A DNA stretch of 32,000 nt from Pyrodictium abyssi. Lineage in GTDB: Archaea; Thermoproteota; Thermoprotei_A; Sulfolobales; Pyrodictiaceae. How positions within the stretch are numbered: the first letter of the stretch is position 1; each line of letters starts with the position of its first letter. The notes under the pieces are model-generated. The model was not told the DNA's origin. It saw only the letters and a list, made by a program, of their open reading frames with translations, and searched no databases. The stretch lies in contig NZ_AP028907.1 of assembly GCF_036323395.1 (NCBI RefSeq), positions 480,001 to 512,000 on the forward strand, in the 5' to 3' direction. Positions 8,385-15,891 of this stretch are shown here, piece after piece. Both the position numbers and the translations under genes were made by a program.

Positions 8385-11384
8385 ATGCATGGGGTGGTGT
8401 CCTGGATGGCCTTGCACTATACTGGTATAATCCCCGCACTAGCTGCCCTCGTCTACACGACTGCACTGTACATGCTACTCCGCCGCGATATCGGCACAGC
8501 GTCTAGGCTGGTGAAGTGGGCTTCTATGTTCACGGTGGCGGGCTGGCTAGTATACCTGGTCCCGTTCGTTACGCTAGACTATAGCCTGGAAGAGGTCTTC
8601 TGGAACACAAGTCCCGGGCTCCCCCTCTGGATGAGGATAGCGTCGGCGTGGGCTGGCGGCGGTGGCAGCCTCTACTTGTTCGCGGCAATATCGGCAATAG
8701 CCACGCTCTATATTGCCCGTGGCCTAGCCGAGGCCAAGAAAAAGGATGTACTGGTTACCGGGGCAGCAGTAGTGACTCTGGCTGCTATAGTGGGCGCGTT
8801 TGCTAACGGCGCCTTCAGCGTCATGGAGGAGCGCCCTGCTAGTGGTGCGGGGCTTAACCCGCTGCTGAAGAGCCCGTGGCTCTACCCGCACCCCCTCAGC
8901 ACCTTCGGCGGCTACGCGCTACTCTCAATAGGCATGGTGGCGCTCCTCGCAGGCCTACGGCGCCGCGGCCTACTAGTCTACGAGCTTGGCTGGGCCCTCC
9001 TGACTCTCGGCATAATGCTGGGCGGGTACTGGAGCTACGAGACCTTCGGCTGGGGCGGCTACTGGGCCTGGGACCCCGTCGAGACAAGCGAGCTAATGGT
9101 GTGGCTCGCTGCTACACTGCTACCCCACGTCATGGTGGCTGTGCCGAGCCTAGCCGCGTTCACCGAGTACCTGACCCTATCTAGCGTGTTCCTCGCGATG
9201 TACGTGACGCGTAGCGGGCTCAGCCCGCTACACAGCTTCGCCGCGGCTAACCTAGGCGTGGCTATGCTACTAGTAGTTGCTCTAGTAGCGCTTTTCCTAG
9301 CGTTCCGCCGGCTAGGCGAGCTCCGCTTCCCCGGGCTAGATAGGGTGAAGAGAAGCCCCCTCCAGGCGGGCATGCTAGCGGCCACTATAGCGCTCTTCGC
9401 GGCAGCAATATTTGTCTACGCTACACTGCTCCTCCCGTCAATGCTCACAGTGGTAGGCGTCGAGGCTACAGTGCCGCAGATGCAGAGTGGTGTACGCTAC
9501 TTCCACCCCGTGCTATACCCGCTACTAGTAGCTATGCTGGCGGCGATACCGCTAGCGTTCATAGGTGACAGGATAGGATGGAGAGGCTACGCTGCGCTGC
9601 TAGCGGCGACGTCTATAGCCTCGGTTGTAGCCGGCGCTGCAGCGCTCAGCGGCGCTCTCATGCTGACTCCTCTCAGCAGTAGCGCGACTAACGCTATGAT
9701 GGCCTTCGGGCTCCCCTGGGCAGGCCTTGCCGCTGCAGCAGTACTACTCTACATAGCCTTGCGGCTACGCGGAGGCAAACTCGTATCGGAGCGCATGACT
9801 GCTATCAGTCTGCTACACCTAGGCCTCGCAGTCACCGTCATAGGTGTACTGCTCAGCGGTACGCACTCGTTCAACGAGGCCTACTTCATAGACGCTAGCA
9901 TGAAGCCCGGTGAGCCAGTCATCCTACCAAATGGCCTGAAGATAGAGCTGGTCGGCTACGAGTTCGAGCTAAGTAACTCCACGGTGGATATATACACGGG
10001 CTATGCGGGGCGCTCGCTCAGCTACATACTCGCCTGGGACGCGCTAGCAGCTCTAGCCTCGGACTACAGCAAGAAAATAGAGCAGGTGCACGAAGCCGAG
10101 AAGCTGCTAGGATCCAACGAGACACTGCGGAGCCTTGCTGAGCTAGCTGCAGAGACGCACATCTCCACAGTCAACGGCAGCATCGCCATAAAGGGCGCCG
10201 CCAGGGTAACCGGTATAGACATGTTCACGGGAGCCGAGACTCCAATAGCAGATAGTGCTGACATAACAATAGAGCTCGTAAACCCGAGTGTCACAGTAGC
10301 GATAGAACCCGTGCAGGACAGCATGGGTAGGGTTAAGTCAGCCAGGTTCCGCCTCTACGTAACAGCCGATGAGGCCGCCGTAGCGGGGCTCCCAGGAGGC
10401 AACATTACGGCACGGACGGTGCTCGACGTCACGTTCGCGGAGCCGGTACGGCTTACAGTGGGCAGAGTATCGCTAGAGATAAGCCACGTGTACGTCCTAG
10501 CGATGGCAACGGGGTCGACCGGCCACCCTGCTGTAGAGCAGCGCGACGGAGTGCTCGTCTATAAGCCAGCTCTACTGGTCCCAAGCGGCAGCATGGAGGT
10601 AGGGGCGCTAACCGTAGCAGTCCCGCTGGACGTGCCGGCCAGCATGGCAGGGTACGTGGAGAGCTGCCGCGACCCGCTGCTCCAGAGGCTGCTCGGGAGC
10701 AGCCTAGCAGAGGCACTCGCCAACGGCGCAGCGCTAAAGGCTCTAAACCCGCCCGATTGCCGGCCAACAGCAGAGACCCCCCATGGAATCTGCCCCGGCT
10801 ACATAGATGTGCCCCACACAGTCCCGGAGACAGCGTGGCTAGTCCTAAAGCTGCGCATAGAGCACGGCGGCGACGTCCGCGAGGAGACCGTTAGGCTACG
10901 CTTCGAGTCATATGGAGAGGTTCAGGGCATACACGGCCTAGTAACCAAGGTCATACACCCGCGGGTAGGGCTTACGGACGTCTACATAGCCATACACGCG
11001 CCAGTAGTCACACCGGACTGGGGGGTCACCGGGTACCACGAACTGCTGGTATACTATCTCCACGCCGTATACCAGTCGATGAACCTAACGCCTGCCCAGC
11101 GCATAGCTCTAGCAGCCCTGTTCGCGTCAGGCTACATGATGGATACCGCATCGTCGATAAACGATAGGATGCAGCGCAGCCTATTCCTAGAGCATGCTGC
11201 TATCGAGCTCTACCTGCTAGCGGAGGACTTCAGCCCCGAGAACTCGACTATAGCCAGGCAAGGGCTCCCTGTCCAGGTTAAGCTCGTCCCAGGCGTAGCC
11301 CTGGTATGGTACGGCGCCGTTATGATGGCCGTTTCGGCTGTCTATGCTGCTGTTGTTGCGGCCTATACAGCGAGGAGGAGTTAG
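8385..11384 (+). CDS. ccmF: Cytochrome c-type biogenesis protein CcmF (heme lyase) with greatly expanded extracytoplasmic domain
   Basis: 999 aa. WWD heme-handling motif WSYETFGWGGYWAWDPVETSELMVWL. Also present: upstream GLNPLLKSPWLYPHP (P-His1 region), downstream ATLLPH (P-His2), RSGLSPLHSF, and LLHLGLAVTVIGVLLSG (TM-His2 region). All are collinear with E. coli CcmF as I recall it. A C-terminal TM ends in ...ARRS. Confidence 0.9.
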   Translation: MHGVVSWMALHYTGIIPALAALVYTTALYMLLRRDIGTASRLVKWASMFTVAGWLVYLVPFVTLDYSLEEVFWNTSPGLPLWMRIASAWAGGGGSLYLFAAISAIATLYIARGLAEAKKKDVLVTGAAVVTLAAIVGAFANGAFSVMEERPASGAGLNPLLKSPWLYPHPLSTFGGYALLSIGMVALLAGLRRRGLLVYELGWALLTLGIMLGGYWSYETFGWGGYWAWDPVETSELMVWLAATLLPHVMVAVPSLAAFTEYLTLSSVFLAMYVTRSGLSPLHSFAAANLGVAMLLVVALVALFLAFRRLGELRFPGLDRVKRSPLQAGMLAATIALFAAAIFVYATLLLPSMLTVVGVEATVPQMQSGVRYFHPVLYPLLVAMLAAIPLAFIGDRIGWRGYAALLAATSIASVVAGAAALSGALMLTPLSSSATNAMMAFGLPWAGLAAAAVLLYIALRLRGGKLVSERMTAISLLHLGLAVTVIGVLLSGTHSFNEAYFIDASMKPGEPVILPNGLKIELVGYEFELSNSTVDIYTGYAGRSLSYILAWDALAALASDYSKKIEQVHEAEKLLGSNETLRSLAELAAETHISTVNGSIAIKGAARVTGIDMFTGAETPIADSADITIELVNPSVTVAIEPVQDSMGRVKSARFRLYVTADEAAVAGLPGGNITARTVLDVTFAEPVRLTVGRVSLEISHVYVLAMATGSTGHPAVEQRDGVLVYKPALLVPSGSMEVGALTVAVPLDVPASMAGYVESCRDPLLQRLLGSSLAEALANGAALKALNPPDCRPTAETPHGICPGYIDVPHTVPETAWLVLKLRIEHGGDVREETVRLRFESYGEVQGIHGLVTKVIHPRVGLTDVYIAIHAPVVTPDWGVTGYHELLVYYLHAVYQSMNLTPAQRIALAALFASGYMMDTASSINDRMQRSLFLEHAAIELYLLAEDFSPENSTIARQGLPVQVKLVPGVALVWYGAVMMAVSAVYAAVVAAYTARRS

Positions 11385-11543
11385 AGCGCCTGACGAGAAC
11401 GGTTCTAGCCTTCTTCCCCGGTGGACACGTATTTTTAATTAATTCTGCTCGATAATAATTTTTATTTGTTTCGGAGCCAATGATATTAAGTACTCCCAGG
11501 AGCAATCATACGATAGACGGCGAGTGGCGCGAGGAATCCGGCG

Positions 11544-12527
11544 ATGGATCGCACGAATCTCGTTATTCTAGTGTTACTCGTGGCCTTGGCGGTCTCAAAT
11601 GCGGCATGGATAACGCTATACAGTCACAGCAAGTACAACGTGGAGAACCTAATCAGCGAGAACCAGAGGCTAAGCCGGCAGCTAGAACTACTCGCTAGCA
11701 GGGTGAAAGAACTAGAAGACAACAACACAAAACTCCTGCTCCAGCTCCGCGACATAAGCGACCATTACAAGAGGCTCCTAGACCTAATACAACAGGCTAA
11801 CAGCACAATAGCGAATGCAGCCGTCGTGGCCAGGCTACTGGATAACATAAACGCGAGCCTAACAACGCTATACATGTACACCAATACTCACGCATACTAT
11901 ACCCCCAACGTGAGGAGTCTATTCACGCCGGGCACTGTAGCAGACCTAGTAGTGCCGATAACCGGGCATCCAATGTACAATAGGGAACATGCGCTCGAAG
12001 ACATGAGGAAGATGTATGACTGGGTGCAGGAGAACATACAGGACGCAGTGGACCACAACTTTGTTGCAATAAAGAGGCCGGAATACGTGGACATAAACGG
12101 TGCGAAGTACTTCTATAGCTTCCAGATAGACATAGTGGATAACTATATACAGTCACCGTCGGAGACCCTACAGCGCTTGGCAGGCGACTGCGAGGACCAG
12201 TCCATACTGCTAGCATCAATGTACAAGGTCTACCTGGACAATGTCGGCGACGCGTGGACGCTCTGCATGTTCTCGGAGAAGTACGACCACTGTATAGTCG
12301 TGGCCTGGGTGGCCCCCCAGAAGAAGTTCGTGATAGCTGATCCCACGCTGGACTACTATGCTGAGGCGGATAGTCTGCGCAGTGCTCTAGACGACTGGCT
12401 AGCCTACGTGGGGATGGAGATGAAGCAAATCCATAGAATGATAGTATTCAACAATAAAGACTACATAGAGGATGTGTCCTACAACGTGATACACGCTCTC
12501 GAGGAGAAGACTAGCAGACAAAGCTGA
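11544..12527 (+). CDS. Membrane-anchored transglutaminase-like cysteine protease superfamily protein
   Basis: 327 aa. N-terminal TM, a coiled-coil stretch (ENQRLSRQLELLASRVKELEDNNTKLLLQL), then a Cys-His-Asp core: GDCEDQSILLASMY (Cys216, nt 12189-12191), YDHCIVVAW, VIADPT. GC is lower than in the neighbours (about 50% in three hand-counted 60-nt lines). Confidence 0.78.
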   Translation: MDRTNLVILVLLVALAVSNAAWITLYSHSKYNVENLISENQRLSRQLELLASRVKELEDNNTKLLLQLRDISDHYKRLLDLIQQANSTIANAAVVARLLDNINASLTTLYMYTNTHAYYTPNVRSLFTPGTVADLVVPITGHPMYNREHALEDMRKMYDWVQENIQDAVDHNFVAIKRPEYVDINGAKYFYSFQIDIVDNYIQSPSETLQRLAGDCEDQSILLASMYKVYLDNVGDAWTLCMFSEKYDHCIVVAWVAPQKKFVIADPTLDYYAEADSLRSALDDWLAYVGMEMKQIHRMIVFNNKDYIEDVSYNVIHALEEKTSRQS

Positions 12528-12541
12528 GGAGGTGGACGGTT

Positions 12542-13276
12542 ATGCCCCGTATGGCCGCTAGCCTGGTCGCTATAGCGATAATCGTGCTAGCGAGCATCGC
12601 GACGCCTACACTAGCCGAGCAGACTATAAAGGTGAAGGTCTACCACGCTGAGCTAGGCCCGTTCATCCAGACGCTAGCCGATGGGCGCAGGATAGAGGTA
12701 GAGATAGACGTCTACTACCCTGACACACTCTTCTACAGAGGCCCCGAAGAGGGCCTAGGCACAGTGAATTTCACGATAACAACCAACTGGACCGGGCCGT
12801 GGGACGGCATAGTAACAGTGCAAGTAGTAGACCCGGGGTACCGGATTGACCCCACCACGCTCAAGCCTGTAGAGTCTATGAACGCGTGGGCGGAAGGGGG
12901 AGGCACTATAGGCACAGGGACTCTCCACATAGCAAGCGGGGCCTATACCGGCCCCGTCAAGAACGTAACTGTCGTCGTAAGGCCGCACTCGCGCTACTTC
13001 ACAGCGCCCGCCGGCGACTATGTCGCCCAGTACTTCTTCAAGGTGAGGCTCGCCTTCTTCAAGCCTAGCGGCAGCAAGGTGCTAGGTGGCGACGTCAACG
13101 TCTACACCGATAGCCAGACAGCGCCCGCAGTCAAAGTAGTCGTCATAAAGCAGCCTAAAGGGGACGAGGGCCTAGCAAGCTCGGTAGCGCTCAACGCTGC
13201 TATAGCTGCAGCAGTTGTAGCAACAGGGTACGCGGTAGTCGAGTATACCCTAAGGCGCAGGAAGGAGAAACACTAG
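12542..13276 (+). CDS. Secreted beta-rich protein with C-terminal membrane anchor, unknown function
   Basis: 244 aa. Signal peptide ...ASIATPTLA|EQ, C-terminal TM (AIAAAVVATGYAVVEY) and a basic tail RRRKEKH. A strong SD (GGAGGTG) precedes the ATG, 14 nt after the previous stop. Confidence 0.65.
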   Translation: MPRMAASLVAIAIIVLASIATPTLAEQTIKVKVYHAELGPFIQTLADGRRIEVEIDVYYPDTLFYRGPEEGLGTVNFTITTNWTGPWDGIVTVQVVDPGYRIDPTTLKPVESMNAWAEGGGTIGTGTLHIASGAYTGPVKNVTVVVRPHSRYFTAPAGDYVAQYFFKVRLAFFKPSGSKVLGGDVNVYTDSQTAPAVKVVVIKQPKGDEGLASSVALNAAIAAAVVATGYAVVEYTLRRRKEKH

Positions 13277-13583
13277 TAGCCCCAGGCCAGCCTCCGGGGC
13301 GCCCCGCCAGGTTATCCAAGTGTTTTTACCCCCGGGCTTCGAGGGCGGCCGTTCCCTACTCCTATGCGGCGTACCCCGTGACGACGGGCTCTCTTGCGGG
13401 ATGCTGTCCATGGTGTCGTAGTCATCCCAGCTCCCCGGCCTGTGCGGCCTTTGTCGAAACACTGTACTAGGGTGCTCTTCTACTCTTGGCTTATTTATCG
13501 CGAGTTGAAATGCATTGACCGTTCCTGGACGGAGACAAGATTTTATTATAGGATTCAAATATCTTGCTCGCGGAAAAAATAAT

Positions 13584-13599
13584 AAATTAAATTTAAATA
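13584..13599 (+). promoter_or_regulatory. Putative TATA/BRE promoter element of the octaheme cytochrome gene
   Basis: AAATTAAATTTAAATA sits in an AT-rich block about 50-64 nt upstream of the ATG at 13648. The SD-like GGTGAGAGG lies at 13639-13647. Confidence 0.45.
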
Positions 13600-13647
13600 A
13601 CATGTAGAACCCATAGTGAACGTGGAGCAACAGAGTATGGTGAGAGG

Positions 13648-15636
13648 ATGCAGAAGCCTCTAGCCAAGGTAGTAGTCTTTTGGGTGATATCCATCTTCCT
13701 CCTCCCCAGCCTAGCGCCCCTAGCGCAGGCAGCGACATACAGCTGGGGCGAGGAGATCAGCCTCTCCGGTGTACAGCTCACGCAGGAGTCCAAGGACTGT
13801 GTAGAGTGTCACATGCGGGCGACACCCTTCATAGTGTACGACTGGTACAAGAGCAAGCACCGCATGGTTGGCGTGGGCTGCTACGAGTGCCACAGCGCTA
13901 AGCCCGGCACAAGGCCCGACGTCTACGAGCACTACGGCTACTACATAACGACACTAGTGACGCCTAAGCAGTGTGGCCGCTGCCACCCTGCGATAGCAGA
14001 GGAATTCCAGAAGAGCGTCCACGCGTTCGCCGGAGTACACGCCTACGTGCTAAAGGAGGAGCCAGCATACTGGATGATCCTGGCGAAGCAGTTTGGCTGG
14101 GACGAGCACTTCAAGGTACCAGCCGAGTACATTGAGACCGAGTGGGTACCCAAGATAGTGCGCGACTTCGTGGGTGACCAGAAGTACGGTAAGGCGGTGC
14201 TAGAGGAGGACCCGACCAACGCCATAATACCGTACAACCCGCTAGGCCTAAGCATTGACAACTACGTTGCCCAGAAGGCACTCTACATCTGGGGCATACG
14301 CGGCTGTCTAGGATGCCACGGCGTGCGCATGGACGTCAAGGACGCGTTCGCCTACCCGAGCCTAGACGAGCTAATGAAGTACATGAAGGAGGGCAAGGCC
14401 CCCGAGAAGGTAGTATACGACCCAGCATTCATGCACAACCACGGCATCGGCCGTGTGAACCCCGACGGCAGCCTAGGCAGCTGTGAGGCGTGCCACCCGT
14501 ACCACGGCTTCAGCGTAAAGATAGCCAGGAAGGGCGCCTACCAGGCATGTGGCCGCTGCCACACCGGCCCCGACCACCCGAACGACGAGCAGTGGAGCAA
14601 GAGCGTCCACGGCGCAATATTCTGGGGCGAGGCTGAGGACTGGGACTGGGACAAGCCGGTAAACAACTGGATGCCAGGCCGCGACTACAGGGCGCCGACA
14701 TGTGTAACCTGCCACATGGCCGCAGTGTTCAACGAGCGCGGTCAGGTCAAGTACGCTAGCAGCCACGACGTAGCCATAATAAGCAAGTTCAAGCTAGGCA
14801 AGTGGGTCTACACGCTACCACGTGTAGCAGGCCTACCCGACTTCGCCATACCGACAGCCACTGCGACACAGGCGCCGGTGTTCAAGAGTCCGACAACCGG
14901 TGACACAATAACGCTAGTATACCCAGAGCCCGACTGGAAGGTGCGCAGACAGAGAGCAATCGACATGTGTGCCCAGTGCCACACCAAGGAGTATGCAGCT
15001 GCATGGCTGAAGACCTACGACTGGATGATAATACTAGTAGACTACATGAGAGACGAGTACGTGCTAACCATAGCCAACATGCTGAAGGCTAAGGGCCTGT
15101 TTACGCCAATGGACGAGTGGATGGTGAGGAACCTAGGCGCTATGGCCAACAGGCCTACCAAGATGTCTGCAGCGCACTTCGGCCCCGACTTCACCTGGTG
15201 GGAGGGCATAATGCACTTCGCCGAGAAGATAGAGGAGTGGCTAATCGACGTCTACGAGAGGCCTGCTGTAGCCAAGAAGGCGCCAGAGATACGTGAGAAG
15301 ATTGAGGAGATACTGCCATGGTTCAGGGAGCAGTGGGAGGGCGAGGGCAGCACTGGTACAGTTCACACCCTAGCAGAGGTGAAGACAACTCTAGCTAAGG
15401 CCGTCGAGGTACCGGGCATGAAGGCCTATGCGGAGAAGGTGGAGAAGCTAGAGACGCCAGCTAAGCCACTAGTAACTAAGGCTGCTGTAACCACCGTAGG
15501 CGAGGTAGGCGAGCACAGCCTAGCACTACCGGGCGATGAGGCCAGTGTGGAGATGCCAGTGGCTATCTCTGCTGTGTTCCCGGCAGCGCCTCTACTACTA
15601 GTACTAGTGTCCTTTAGGAAGCGTGTAGCAGCCTAA
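13648..15636 (+). CDS. Octaheme cytochrome c of the hydroxylamine oxidoreductase (HAO) family, signal peptide plus C-terminal TM anchor
   Basis: 662 aa with eight CxxCH motifs: CVECH, CYECH, CGRCH, CLGCH, CEACH, CGRCH, CVTCH, CAQCH. Flanking context is collinear with Nitrosomonas HAO as I recall it: KDCVECH..TP..V..W..S.H; C..CH..H.FS; CHTGPDH....W..S.HG; APTC..CHM. Signal peptide ...LAQA|AT. The C-terminal hydrophobic helix plus FRKRVAA resembles the HAO C-terminal anchor. Confidence 0.9.
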   Translation: MQKPLAKVVVFWVISIFLLPSLAPLAQAATYSWGEEISLSGVQLTQESKDCVECHMRATPFIVYDWYKSKHRMVGVGCYECHSAKPGTRPDVYEHYGYYITTLVTPKQCGRCHPAIAEEFQKSVHAFAGVHAYVLKEEPAYWMILAKQFGWDEHFKVPAEYIETEWVPKIVRDFVGDQKYGKAVLEEDPTNAIIPYNPLGLSIDNYVAQKALYIWGIRGCLGCHGVRMDVKDAFAYPSLDELMKYMKEGKAPEKVVYDPAFMHNHGIGRVNPDGSLGSCEACHPYHGFSVKIARKGAYQACGRCHTGPDHPNDEQWSKSVHGAIFWGEAEDWDWDKPVNNWMPGRDYRAPTCVTCHMAAVFNERGQVKYASSHDVAIISKFKLGKWVYTLPRVAGLPDFAIPTATATQAPVFKSPTTGDTITLVYPEPDWKVRRQRAIDMCAQCHTKEYAAAWLKTYDWMIILVDYMRDEYVLTIANMLKAKGLFTPMDEWMVRNLGAMANRPTKMSAAHFGPDFTWWEGIMHFAEKIEEWLIDVYERPAVAKKAPEIREKIEEILPWFREQWEGEGSTGTVHTLAEVKTTLAKAVEVPGMKAYAEKVEKLETPAKPLVTKAAVTTVGEVGEHSLALPGDEASVEMPVAISAVFPAAPLLLVLVSFRKRVAA

Positions 15637-15652
15637 GGGGGCGGTGAGGGCT

Positions 15653-15677
15653 GGGGAGGAGACCCTCCCCTCTTTTT
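15653..15677 (+). terminator. Hairpin plus T-tract terminator after the octaheme gene
   Basis: GGGGAGG (15653-15659), loop AGAC, CCTCCCC (15664-15670), then TCTTTTT (15671-15677). It begins 17 nt after the TAA stop. Confidence 0.6.
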
Positions 15678-15891
15678 ACCGCGGCCTAGGCCCCTCCTGC
15701 GCCCCTATCGGCGCCGCCGTGAATCCACCTCGGCCTGTCTTAATATTTGTGTTCGTTAGCCTCTGGCAGCGTGTATACGTCTAGCCGATAGCCCTGGCTC
15801 GGGGCTGTTTCTTAGCTGGAGCGTTGGCGTCGAAGCGTTTAGCTTTATCAAGGGTTACAGATGCTCTTGACCACTGGTAGGGGGAGGCTTA

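Noticed and set aside
13250-13738. 162-aa minus-strand ORF spanning the 370-bp gap upstream of the octaheme gene
   Set aside because: It overlaps both flanking plus-strand genes, and its Pro/Arg/Ser-rich composition is typical of antisense or GC-driven ORFs. It also crosses the AT-rich promoter block. The gap itself (T-tract at 13323-13327 followed by the promoter) is adequately explained as terminator plus promoter.
15547-15636. Possible PGF-CTERM/archaeosortase sorting signal at the C-terminus of the octaheme cytochrome
   Set aside because: The tail (VAISAVFPAAPLLLVLVSFRKRVAA) has a TM helix plus basic residues but no PGF tripeptide. A similar plain C-terminal anchor exists in bacterial HAO, so a simple TM anchor is the conservative reading.
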